Source of the DNA: Eubacteriales bacterium | GTDB lineage: Bacteria > Bacillota > Clostridia > Lachnospirales > Lachnospiraceae | Assembly (NCBI GenBank): GCA_030540255.1 | Contig: JAUNWP010000002.1 | Coordinates: 1,535 to 65,534 of the forward strand | Reading direction: 5' to 3' | Length of the DNA: 64,000 nucleotides | In this document: piece after piece, positions 21,408-30,310 of the stretch | Numbering within the stretch: the stretch's first letter is position 1 | Layout of the letters: each line of letters opens with the position of its first letter | Notes under the pieces: model-generated | Seen by the model: the letters and a program-made list of their open reading frames with translations, nothing else | What the model was told of the DNA's origin: nothing | Database searches by the model: none | Position numbers and translations under genes: made by a program

Positions 21408-22564
21408 TTATCCAAATCGTAAAGCTTCCTTATAAAGCCTCTTGCCTCCTGCTCGACCTCAAATATATCCTCTAAAGAAGGATCTGCGATAAAGCTGTGT
21501 GCAGCCATTGCCTGCTCTATTCCGTCCGCTATATCAAGATAGCCTATCCTGCCTGCAAGGAAGGCTGCAACGCACTCTTCATTTGCGGCATTATATACTG
21601 TAGTAAGACTGCCCTCTCTGCGGCATGCCTCAATTCCGAGCTTAAGTCCCTTAAAGGTCTCAAGATCCGGCTCCTCAAAATGTATGTCGCAAAGCTCCTT
21701 GAAGCCCAGCTTCTTTTCTCCTGTATAAGCCAGACGATGCCCCTTATGAAGAGCGTAGGCTATGGGCACCTTCATATCCGGCGATCCTAGCTGTGCCTTG
21801 ATCGCACCGTCCTCAAACTGAACCATACTGTGAACAACAGATCCCGGCTGTACCGCAACTATGATATCGTCTGCCTTAACATTAAAGAGGTAATGTGCCT
21901 CTATGACCTCAAGTCCTTTATTGACGAGTGTAGAGGAATCTATGGTTATCTTTGCTCCCATGTTCCAGCTTGGGTGCTTTAATGCATCCTCAGGTCTGAT
22001 ATTGCGAAGTTCCTCTCTATGCCAGCCTCTGAACGGACCGCCGGATGCGGTAAGCCATATCTTGTCTATGGCGTTTGCCGACTCACCCTGTAGGCACTGG
22101 TAGATAGCGCTGTGCTCGGAATCTACAGGCATAAAGCTTATGCCGTATTGTTTTGCAAGCGGCATGATTATATGTCCGGCGCAGACTATAGGCTCTTTGT
22201 TTGCCTGGGCGATATTTTTGCCTGCCTTGATTGCCTCAATGGTAGGTCTTATGCCTATCATTCCGACAACGCTTACAAGTACGGTATCGGTATGATCCCA
22301 TACGGCGCACTCTATGAGTCCCTCCATACCGGAGACAACTTTCACCTTGCTGCCCTCGCTCTTAAGCTTAGCCTTAAGCTCAAGAGCCTTATTCTCATCA
22401 TAAATACAGCAGATCTCAGGTTCAAACTCATGGATCTGCTTGTAAATTAGTTCTGTATTTCCGAAGGCTGCAAGGCCTGTGATATTGATATCTTCATAGC
22501 ACTCGGCAAGCTCCAGAGTCTGTCTTCCTATAGAACCTGTGCTGCCCAAAACCGATAAATTCAT
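21404..22564 (-). CDS. dxr: 1-deoxy-D-xylulose-5-phosphate reductoisomerase
   Basis: 386 aa. N-terminal GSTGSIG NADPH motif and the DSEHSAI and NKGLE blocks. Confidence 0.92.
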   Translation of the reverse strand: MNLSVLGSTGSIGRQTLELAECYEDINITGLAAFGNTELIYKQIHEFEPEICCIYDENKALELKAKLKSEGSKVKVVSGMEGLIECAVWDHTDTVLVSVVGMIGIRPTIEAIKAGKNIAQANKEPIVCAGHIIMPLAKQYGISFMPVDSEHSAIYQCLQGESANAIDKIWLTASGGPFRGWHREELRNIRPEDALKHPSWNMGAKITIDSSTLVNKGLEVIEAHYLFNVKADDIIVAVQPGSVVHSMVQFEDGAIKAQLGSPDMKVPIAYALHKGHRLAYTGEKKLGFKELCDIHFEEPDLETFKGLKLGIEACRREGSLTTVYNAANEECVAAFLAGRIGYLDIADGIEQAMAAHSFIADPSLEDIFEVEQEARGFIRKLYDLDK

Positions 22565-23371
22565 TTATAAAAACTCCTGAACCAATATAATCGCATAATA
22601 TATTGCCGGTGCCGCAAACAGCATGGAATCGAAACGATCCAGTATGCCGCCGTGTCCCGGTATCAGATTGCCGAAATCCTTGATGTCATGATTTCTCTTG
22701 ATCGCGGATGCCGCAAGATCACCTATCATGGATATAACAGCACCTGCCGCACAGGCAAGACTGCATACAAGCTGTGGTGATGACGAAGTGAAACGCGACT
22801 GTAACAAAAGTCCGTACAAAAAGCCTAAAAAGGCAGCTCCCAGGACTCCGCCTATCGCACCTTCAACTGTCTTCTTAGGGCTGAGCAGCGGTGCCATCTT
22901 GTGCCTGCCGAACAGTCTTCCCGCACAATAAGCAAGTGTATCGCTGCCCCATGCACTGAACAGGATCAGCCATACGAAATAAACTCCGTCATTCATAGCT
23001 CTGGTATGATATACAAAACTCATGAGCACCGACACATAGCATACTCCGAAAAACGCCCCTGTCACCTGTTCCGTCTTATACTCCGGAAAGGTAACAACAT
23101 AAGCGGTCATAAAGCATAAAAGGGAGAATACTATCATTGCCATCATGTACGAAACTCCGTCGTACAATATCAGTCCGTAATAGATAATGGTGAGTGCATA
23201 GCCTATGGCTGCCAGCCCCTTATGCTCTATACCTATTGCCCTGTACAGCTCTCTCTGTCCTATCAGGGAAATAATGCAAAATGCAAGAAGAAGCGGCAGA
23301 CCGCCGTAATAAAACAAAGCGATAGCTGCCGCCAGCAGAACTATTCCACTGCCGAGTCTCTTCAGAAACAA
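22565..23371 (-). CDS. cdsA: phosphatidate cytidylyltransferase
   Basis: 268-aa polytopic membrane ORF with the C-terminal GHGGILDRFDS signature. Conserved uppS-cdsA-dxr order. Confidence 0.88.
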   Translation of the reverse strand: MFLKRLGSGIVLLAAAIALFYYGGLPLLLAFCIISLIGQRELYRAIGIEHKGLAAIGYALTIIYYGLILYDGVSYMMAMIVFSLLCFMTAYVVTFPEYKTEQVTGAFFGVCYVSVLMSFVYHTRAMNDGVYFVWLILFSAWGSDTLAYCAGRLFGRHKMAPLLSPKKTVEGAIGGVLGAAFLGFLYGLLLQSRFTSSSPQLVCSLACAAGAVISMIGDLAASAIKRNHDIKDFGNLIPGHGGILDRFDSMLFAAPAIYYAIILVQEFL

Positions 23372-23372
23372 A

Positions 23373-24089
23373 TCATACTCCTCCGAATCTACGGTTTCTC
23401 TTATTGTATTCCTCGATACATTTTACAAGCTCGTCCTTATTGAAGTCCGGCCAAAGTGTATCTGTTATAACTATCTCCGAATATGCACACTGCCATATGA
23501 GGAAATTACTGAGTCTTAATTCTCCCGAGGTCCTGATCAGAAGATCCGGATCCGGTACCTCTGCCGTATCAAGGTACTTTGCAAAGTCTGCCTCGCTGAG
23601 TTCGGATATATCAGTTCCAAGCTCCTTTGCTCTCAAGACCTCATCACGGTATTTCATTGCCGCACGTCTTATCTCGTCACGTCCGCCGTAATTGGCAGCC
23701 ACCACAAAATTAAGTCCGGTATTGTCACGGGTCTCTTCCTCAAGCTTATTGATGGAGTCGATAATATCCTTTGGAAAACGGCTGCGATCGCCTATCATCC
23801 TTATACGGACATTATTCTCCCTGGCATTCTTAAGTAATCTCATAGCATAATATCTGAAGAGATTCATAAGACCTGTCACTTCTTCCTCAGAACGCTTCCA
23901 GTTTTCTGTAGAGAAAGCGTATACGGTAAGATACTTGATGCCCAGCTTTCCCGCCTCCGGAACCAAAGCCTCGATTGCCTTACAGCCTTCCTTATGACCC
24001 ATTGTTCGCGGAAGTCCGCGTTTTTTTGCCCAGCGCCCGTTGCCATCCATAATAATAGCAACAGACTCCGGTATATGAAGATCATTCAT
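23373..24089 (-). CDS. uppS: isoprenyl transferase (undecaprenyl diphosphate synthase)
   Basis: 238 aa with the cis-prenyltransferase signatures IIMDGNGRWA and LIRTSGE.RLSNFL.WQ. Confidence 0.92.
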   Translation of the reverse strand: MNDLHIPESVAIIMDGNGRWAKKRGLPRTMGHKEGCKAIEALVPEAGKLGIKYLTVYAFSTENWKRSEEEVTGLMNLFRYYAMRLLKNARENNVRIRMIGDRSRFPKDIIDSINKLEEETRDNTGLNFVVAANYGGRDEIRRAAMKYRDEVLRAKELGTDISELSEADFAKYLDTAEVPDPDLLIRTSGELRLSNFLIWQCAYSEIVITDTLWPDFNKDELVKCIEEYNKRNRRFGGV

Positions 24090-24104
24090 TATATTATACC
24101 TATA

Positions 24105-24659
24105 TTATACAGTCATGATGTCCTTGGTCTTGGCATCTACCATATTGTCTACAGTCTTGATGAACTCGTCTGTAAACTTCTGAACATCCTTATCTGCCTG
24201 CTTAACATCATCCTCTGTGAAGTCTCCGCTCTTCTCAAGCTTCTTGGTCTTGTCGTTGGCATCACGTCTGATGTTACGGATAGCTACCTTAGCCTCCTCA
24301 CCGTACTTCTTGATCTGCTTTGCAAGATCCTGACGTCTCTCTTGGTTAAGCTCCGGGAAAACAAGTCTGATACTTATTCCGTCGTTAGTAGGATTGATGC
24401 CGATATCAGAGAGGTTGATTGCCTTCTCTATCTCCTTGATAAGGCCCTTCTCCCATGGCTGGATAAGTATGATACGAGCCTCAGGAACGGAAATGTTGCC
24501 GACCTGCTGTATCGGTGTAGGTGTTCCGTAATAATCCACCTTGATCTTATCAAGTACATGTGGGTTCGCTCTGCCTGCTCTTATGCTCTGAAAATTCTCA
24601 GCAAGGCCGTCAACAGTCTTCTGCATTTTTTCTTTGTAGATTTTGAGTTCTTCAGTCAT
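24105..24659 (-). CDS. frr: ribosome recycling factor
   Basis: 184 aa, collinear with RRF (RAGRANPHVLD ... IRNIRRDAND). Confidence 0.95.
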   Translation of the reverse strand: MTEELKIYKEKMQKTVDGLAENFQSIRAGRANPHVLDKIKVDYYGTPTPIQQVGNISVPEARIILIQPWEKGLIKEIEKAINLSDIGINPTNDGISIRLVFPELNQERRQDLAKQIKKYGEEAKVAIRNIRRDANDKTKKLEKSGDFTEDDVKQADKDVQKFTDEFIKTVDNMVDAKTKDIMTV

Positions 24660-24766
24660 GAGTTTATCTCCTTTGATCTATTATATGATCAGCCGATCAC
24701 TTTTTCCTTAATAAAGCTTTGCAACATGCAGACTCAGGGATCGGCCGAATTTCTTAAATGTAAATG

Positions 24767-25474
24767 TTAATCTGCGGTAACTATTGTTCCGTCGATCTTG
24801 CCGCTTAAGGCATCGGCGATATTACCCGCCTCGTTAAGTGAAAATACTCCGAGCGGCATATGATTCTCCTTGCAGAGTACAGATGCCGTAAGATCTATTA
24901 CCTGGAGCTGCTTCTCTACGACTTCACTGATGGAAAGCTTATCGAAACGCTTTGCATCAGGATTGGTCTTGGGATCCGAATCATATACTCCGTCTATAGC
25001 CTTGGCAAGAAGTATGATATCGGCTTCGATCTCTATGGCACGAAGTGCAGTACCGCTGTCTGTGCTGAAATACGGATGTCCGGTACCTGCCGCAAAGAAT
25101 ACGACCTTTTTCTCCGACAGTGCCTGCATTGCCGCATCCTTATCGAATATAGGCATAAGTCCCGGTATCTCGAATGCACCGAATATAGCTGTCTGCATTC
25201 CGTTTGTTCTGAATACCTCCGATACATAGAGCGCATTCATAACTGTGGCAAGCATACCGATCTGATCGGATTTGACTCTGTCGATCTCATTGCCTGTACG
25301 GCCTCTCCAGAAATTACCGCCGCCTATAACTACAGCTATCTCCGTTCCCTCGTCTACCGCCTGCTTAACTTCCTTTGCAACAGCTTCAACCGTTGCAAGA
25401 TCAAAGCCCGTATGTTTGTCGCCTGCCAAAGCCTCTCCCGAGAGCTTGAGCATAACACGTTTATATTTGCCCAT
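24767..25474 (-). CDS. pyrH: UMP kinase
   Basis: 235 aa. KRVMLKLSGEAL start and amino-acid-kinase-fold blocks. Lies upstream of frr. Confidence 0.95.
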   Translation of the reverse strand: MGKYKRVMLKLSGEALAGDKHTGFDLATVEAVAKEVKQAVDEGTEIAVVIGGGNFWRGRTGNEIDRVKSDQIGMLATVMNALYVSEVFRTNGMQTAIFGAFEIPGLMPIFDKDAAMQALSEKKVVFFAAGTGHPYFSTDSGTALRAIEIEADIILLAKAIDGVYDSDPKTNPDAKRFDKLSISEVVEKQLQVIDLTASVLCKENHMPLGVFSLNEAGNIADALSGKIDGTIVTAD

Positions 25475-25621
25475 ATAGATACGCCCCTTTTAAGAATGTC
25501 ACCGTCCGAGATCATGTCTTGCCGCATACACATTTTACGCTTAAGAGACATAAAACACGCCGCTTTTATACACATATCGGACAAGCTGAATTATTTAAGA
25601 GTATATCACATACAGCTCTGC

Positions 25622-28477
25622 TTATAAATAACTTTCGAGCGTGTTGCGGAGTCTCGAACTTTTATCTGTGTAATCACGCCTTATATCTATCTGTACGCTC
25701 TTGACATCCTCATAAAGCTCCCTTGCCGACATTCTTACGGCACCTTCTCCGAATACTATAGTCTGCTCAAGACCGTCCGAGGTAGCGACTGTAACTCTCT
25801 CTTTTTTACCTATCTCATGCACCGTCTTTTCGATATAGGCATCCGCAGTCTGAGCTTCCTTGGTATATACAACATAAATGTTGTGATATTTTTCTATGGA
25901 ACCGTGATTACCCTTCACCTTGTAAGCATCAAATACAAGTATCAGAGTCATGCCCTTAAAGCCCTGATAATTGGCAAGTATATCGATAAGCGCAGCTCTT
26001 GCCGCATCGATATTGAGAGCGGCAAGCTCGTTAAGCTCCTCCCAGGCAAAAATGATATTGTAGCCATCCACAAGCAGATATTGTTTCTTTGCCGCCTTTA
26101 TCTCAACATGCCCGTCTTCGCCCGGTGCATTAGACTTAATACTCTTTTTTACCGCATCGCCTGCTCTGTGAGTTCTCTCATATGACTTGTCGGCATTTCT
26201 GCCGCGATTTCCGCCGAGACTCCTGTAGAATATCTCTTCAAGCTCCTTATCTTCCTTTAATCCGGCTCCGAGATAATCTTGTTTTTTAGATGAGCTTTGC
26301 GATACGGCAGGCTTTCCGTTCTTACTAATGTCAGATATTTTTATATCATAGTCTGAATTATCATCATAATATGATGCATATTTGCTCAGATCATAATGTT
26401 TTATAAGTTTTATCCCATTTTCCACGACGGGAGCCTGTTCTGTCTTATCCGCGTCAAGCGCACGTCTTAAGCTCAGCTCCTCTCCCTTAAGGTCAAGATG
26501 AAAATACGAGTCAGCTTCATACCAAGGCACATAATATCCCGCTCCGTGAGTACAGAAAACAGAACCGCCCTGATTATCAAGATCAAGCTCCGGCTCATAG
26601 CCCTTATCCGCAACTATACTTTCTGTATCAATACATTTTCCGTAGCCCCCGAAACTCAAAGATAAGCGTCCGAAACCTCCTGTATATGCCGCAGTCTCCG
26701 CCGCATAGTCCGATATCTTTGATACCGCCGCCCTTCCGGTAAATCTTGCCTGTCCGTTCATAAGCTCCGGCCCCTCAAAGCTCTCGGCAATATTGGCAAG
26801 ATCATTCATAGCCCTTCCGACATTAGCATCCGGTACTGTAAGTTCAAATTCATAATACGGCTCAAGCAGCACTGCCGTGCCTGCTGCTTTTGATTTCATA
26901 AGTCCGTATCTTACCGCGCGCCATGAAGCCTCTCTGAAATCTCCGCCCTCGGTATGCTTTTCGTGTGCCTTGGCATTGATCAGACTTATCCTCACATCCG
27001 TAAGCTCAGCTCCCACCAACGCACCTATATGCTTTTTTTCTGCTATATCGGACATTATAAGTCTCTGGAAATGTCTCGGCAGCACATCCTCACTAAGCTG
27101 TGATACTATCTCTATACCGCTGCCCCTCTCCGCCGGTTCCATAAGCAGATGAACCTCCGCATAGTGTCTGAGCGGTTCGAAGTGGCCTGCACATATCACC
27201 GGAGCTGCTATGGTCTCCTTATATACTATGGAGCTTGGCGTAAAGTTGAGCGCAATATCATAGCGTTCCCTGACTATGGACTTGATGATATCTGTCTGTA
27301 TCTCACCCATAAGCTTGATACCGATCTCCCTGGTATGTTCGCTGAAGCCCACACTTATCTCCGGTATCTCGGTCTCTATCTCCTTAAGCAGACTATAGAG
27401 CTTATGAACATCGGCTATATCAGGCGAGCTTACCCCTGCCGTAAAAAGCGGTGTCATAAGCATTTCGCTTCCGGGAGGTTCATTTCCCAGAGTATCTCCC
27501 GGCATTGCAGATTCCGGTCCCTCCACGCATACAGCCATACCGGCCTCAGCCCTTTCTGCCTGCTCTGCCTTGGTTCCCGAATATACTACTATCCTATCTA
27601 TCTTTTCGTCAGTTGATGCGATCCCGTTTCTGTGATTAAGCTTAACAACATCCTTTGGCTTAAGCTCTCCCCCACATATCCTTATATGTGTAAGACGTTT
27701 TCCTCTTTGATCATGAGTGATCTTGAACACTTTGGCCGCAAATTCGTCCGGATATTCACTTGCGGGGCTTAAGAGCTCTATAAGTGCCAGTAATCTGTCC
27801 ACGCCTTCGTTTTTAAGCGCCGACCCAAAGCATACCGGATGAAGCTTTCGCAATTTGAACAAGCGTATGATCTCTGATGTATCAAGCTTAGCATGCTCAA
27901 AAAAATGCTCTGTTGCCTCATCATCAAGCACGGCAACAGACTCATAAAACTCATTTTTTTCCGTTTCATCCGGAAATGCAAAGCTTCCGTCCTTATCCAG
28001 GATGCTGAAATCCACACAGGCTTCTCCGAAATTTTTCTTTATCTCCGCAAGAACTTTTTCACTGTCAGTGCCCGGCTGATCCGTTTTATTAACAAATATA
28101 AGCGTCGGTACCTTATAGAGCTCCGTCAGCTTCCATAAGGTAAGGTCGTGACCGTGTATTCCGTCTGCCGCACTCACTATGAGCACCGCAAGATCTATAA
28201 CCGACAATACTCTCTCGGTCTCGGCCGAAAAATCCGTATGTCCCGGCGTATCTATAAGTGTGAATCTGCTATTCCCAATGTTAAAAAGAGCCTGCTTGGA
28301 GAATATGGTTATTCCCCTCTCACGCTCTTCGGTCTCTGTATCAAGAAAGCTGTCGCGGTGATCCACGCGCCCGGCTTTCCTGATACTTCCTGTATTAAAT
28401 AATATACTCTCCGACAAAGTGGTCTTGCCGGCATCTACATGCGCAAGCAATGCAAGGCAGTGATTGTTATTTATCAT
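25622..28477 (-). CDS. TetM/EF-G-family translational GTPase fused to a C-terminal Rae1/YacP-type NYN ribonuclease domain
   Basis: 951-aa single ORF. Contains G1 AHVDAGKT, G3 DTPGH and G4 NKTD, and is collinear with TetM through about aa 660 (FGSALKNEGVDRLL, AKVFKITHDQRGKRLTHIRICGG). The last 154 aa (nt 25625..26086) carry YacP/Rae1 blocks LLVDGYN, VFDA, YTKE..TAD.YIE, VATSD..EQ and GA.RMSAREL. The start lies 1 nt after the gpsA stop. Confidence 0.85.
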   Translation of the reverse strand: MINNNHCLALLAHVDAGKTTLSESILFNTGSIRKAGRVDHRDSFLDTETEERERGITIFSKQALFNIGNSRFTLIDTPGHTDFSAETERVLSVIDLAVLIVSAADGIHGHDLTLWKLTELYKVPTLIFVNKTDQPGTDSEKVLAEIKKNFGEACVDFSILDKDGSFAFPDETEKNEFYESVAVLDDEATEHFFEHAKLDTSEIIRLFKLRKLHPVCFGSALKNEGVDRLLALIELLSPASEYPDEFAAKVFKITHDQRGKRLTHIRICGGELKPKDVVKLNHRNGIASTDEKIDRIVVYSGTKAEQAERAEAGMAVCVEGPESAMPGDTLGNEPPGSEMLMTPLFTAGVSSPDIADVHKLYSLLKEIETEIPEISVGFSEHTREIGIKLMGEIQTDIIKSIVRERYDIALNFTPSSIVYKETIAAPVICAGHFEPLRHYAEVHLLMEPAERGSGIEIVSQLSEDVLPRHFQRLIMSDIAEKKHIGALVGAELTDVRISLINAKAHEKHTEGGDFREASWRAVRYGLMKSKAAGTAVLLEPYYEFELTVPDANVGRAMNDLANIAESFEGPELMNGQARFTGRAAVSKISDYAAETAAYTGGFGRLSLSFGGYGKCIDTESIVADKGYEPELDLDNQGGSVFCTHGAGYYVPWYEADSYFHLDLKGEELSLRRALDADKTEQAPVVENGIKLIKHYDLSKYASYYDDNSDYDIKISDISKNGKPAVSQSSSKKQDYLGAGLKEDKELEEIFYRSLGGNRGRNADKSYERTHRAGDAVKKSIKSNAPGEDGHVEIKAAKKQYLLVDGYNIIFAWEELNELAALNIDAARAALIDILANYQGFKGMTLILVFDAYKVKGNHGSIEKYHNIYVVYTKEAQTADAYIEKTVHEIGKKERVTVATSDGLEQTIVFGEGAVRMSARELYEDVKSVQIDIRRDYTDKSSRLRNTLESYL

Positions 28478-28478
28478 A

Positions 28479-29480
28479 TTAAACCGTTTCGTTCTTCTTA
28501 TCTCTCAGCATCAGTCTGTTTACTGTTTCTCTTGCATCCTCATTGTAGTTGACAATACAATCCACAGACTCACATATCGGAAGTTCCACCTTATATTTCG
28601 CTGCAAGCTTGAGTATAGGCTTTATTGCATTTATCCCCTCAACGACCATTCCTACTCTGTCCTTGGCTTCCTCGGCATTATATCCCTGTCCTATATAGAA
28701 GCCTGCTCTGTTATTTCTTGAATGCTCGCTTGTTGCAGTCACTATCAGATCTCCCATGCCTGCAAGTCCGGCAAATGTCTCCTGCTTACAGCCCATGGCA
28801 AGACCCAGCCTGGTCATCTCGGCAAGTCCTCTTGTTATAAGAGCCGCACGTGAATTGTCTCCGTAGCCTAAGCCTCTGCAGATACCGGAAGCAAGAGCCA
28901 TTATATTCTTCATTGCCCCGCAAAGCTCCACACCCTTCATATCGTCATTGGTGTAAACTCTCATGTATTTATTCATGAATACATCCTGAACGAATCCGGC
29001 AGCCGCACTGTCAAGTGATGCGGATACTATAGAGCATGGCAGATTCTTGACCACTTCTTCGGCATGTGTAGGTCCGCTTAAGGCAACTGTCCTTGCCTTC
29101 TTGCCTGCCTGCTTCATCTCATCCTCGATAACATCCGTAAGATTCATAAGACTTGAGAGCTCAATACCCTTTGATACGCTTACGATTATCTGATCATCCG
29201 GGATATATGAGGCAGCCTCATGCATGGTACTGCGCACATTTACCGAAGGTACCGCTACCATGATGATATCCTTTTTCCTGCACAGCTTTGCCATGTCGGC
29301 TTCATAGTTTATACTGTCCGGCAGCACACAGTCCAGCTTAGGATATCTATGTGTCTGCTTATACTCTTTCAGCTTTTCACTGTGATACGTCCACACACTT
29401 ACCTTATGTCCGTTGTCACACAGCAGCTTTGCCAGAGCCATTCCCCAGCTTCCTGCTCCCAATATTCCGATACTGCTCAT
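28479..29480 (-). CDS. gpsA: NAD(P)H-dependent glycerol-3-phosphate dehydrogenase
   Basis: ORF 28479..29552. Preferred start is the Met at 29480, giving MSSIGILGAGSWGMALA (Rossmann motif). That start lies 2 nt after the upstream gene's stop. Confidence 0.9.
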   Translation of the reverse strand: MSSIGILGAGSWGMALAKLLCDNGHKVSVWTYHSEKLKEYKQTHRYPKLDCVLPDSINYEADMAKLCRKKDIIMVAVPSVNVRSTMHEAASYIPDDQIIVSVSKGIELSSLMNLTDVIEDEMKQAGKKARTVALSGPTHAEEVVKNLPCSIVSASLDSAAAGFVQDVFMNKYMRVYTNDDMKGVELCGAMKNIMALASGICRGLGYGDNSRAALITRGLAEMTRLGLAMGCKQETFAGLAGMGDLIVTATSEHSRNNRAGFYIGQGYNAEEAKDRVGMVVEGINAIKPILKLAAKYKVELPICESVDCIVNYNEDARETVNRLMLRDKKNETV

Positions 29481-29482
29481 TA

Positions 29483-30199
29483 TTATTTCCCTGCTTTTCT
29501 GTCGAACAGCATCCACCCCAGATGTACAAGGAAGGCTGCCGCTATGACACATAATATATACAATACTATTACTGCATTGTTCGGAATGATCTTAGTCAGA
29601 TCATTAAATACTATTTGATTAAGATAATAATGCGGATTGATATAAAACATATCCACCACGCCGTATTTATCAAAGCTTAAGTTTATAATCTCGGCTGTGA
29701 CGCAGCCTGTAAGGAAGATAAATGTCTCGGGTACAAAATCCCTGAGGCTTCTACCCCTAATATCATGCTTTTTTGCATTAGTCTTTGCTCTCGGATCTTC
29801 CTCCGAAGCCTTATGCAAAAGGTCTTGTTTTTCACTGCCGTGACCGAAAGAAATATTTTTATCCGTATTTCTTTCGCTGTAATGCAGTAAAATCCCGGAA
29901 AAGATCCCTATACAGGCTATTGTCACATGCCACAGATACGAATGTATAGTAAGCGGTGCATAGCCGTAATGGAGGCCTGTCGTATCAAGGAAGGTCACCA
30001 GCCCAGACATCAGACTGTAATCTGCCAAAAAGCCTATCATAGTCTCTCGTATCCGTGTTTTCCTTAACACATAGATAAGTATACACAGATACATAGGCAT
30101 TGAACACAGCTGGAATGGGATATAGCTCCATTGATACGCGCCCTTATTCAATACATAAGTAAGTGTATACTGCTTCCACAACTCGCTTATTATAAGCAC
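29483..30199 (-). CDS. polytopic membrane protein, tentatively YwaF/TMEM164-like; N-terminus appears short
   Basis: 238 aa with a GTG start in the track. Several hydrophobic helices, an IPFQLCSMPMY motif reminiscent of the conserved LCS motif of the YwaF family, and a long hydrophilic insert (HYSERNTDKN...RSLRDF). Family assignment is from memory only. Confidence 0.5.
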   Translation of the reverse strand: MLIISELWKQYTLTYVLNKGAYQWSYIPFQLCSMPMYLCILIYVLRKTRIRETMIGFLADYSLMSGLVTFLDTTGLHYGYAPLTIHSYLWHVTIACIGIFSGILLHYSERNTDKNISFGHGSEKQDLLHKASEEDPRAKTNAKKHDIRGRSLRDFVPETFIFLTGCVTAEIINLSFDKYGVVDMFYINPHYYLNQIVFNDLTKIIPNNAVIVLYILCVIAAAFLVHLGWMLFDRKAGK

Positions 30200-30223
30200 T
30201 GTTCCCAGTGCAAGATATATGCG

Positions 30224-30307
30224 GTCTTGTTTATTTTTATCTGCAAATATGCCCGTAAACAGGCTGTCTTGTTTGTTTTTATCTGTAAATATATCCGTAA
30301 TAAGGCC
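30224..30307. repeat. 2 x 42-bp tandem repeat
   Basis: Units 30224..30265 and 30266..30307 (GTCTTGTTT[A/G]TTTTTATCTG...) match at 35/42 positions by manual alignment. Confidence 0.85.
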
Positions 30308-30310
30308 TTC

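Noticed and set aside
23994-25627. 258-aa and 255-aa plus-strand ORFs antisense to uppS/frr and pyrH
   Set aside because: These are shadow ORFs opposite highly conserved genes. They are leucine-, isoleucine- and cysteine-rich with no motifs.
25622-28477. Calling the GTPase a tetracycline-resistance ribosomal protection gene on a mobile element
   Set aside because: TetM-like collinearity alone does not establish resistance. There is no transposon or conjugative context. The gene is coupled to gpsA in a core operon and carries an extra nuclease domain. The resistance phenotype remains untested rather than disproved.
29481-29552. N-terminal extensions given by the ORF track (gpsA to 29552, rpoB to 52477, rpsL to 44744, bcd to 36710, ddl to 54258, ABC ATPase from 60049, amidase to 1425)
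   Set aside because: In each case an internal ATG has a proper Shine-Dalgarno sequence at 5-8 nt and yields the conserved family N-terminus. The longer form starts at a GTG or TTG inside the RBS, or overlaps the upstream gene.
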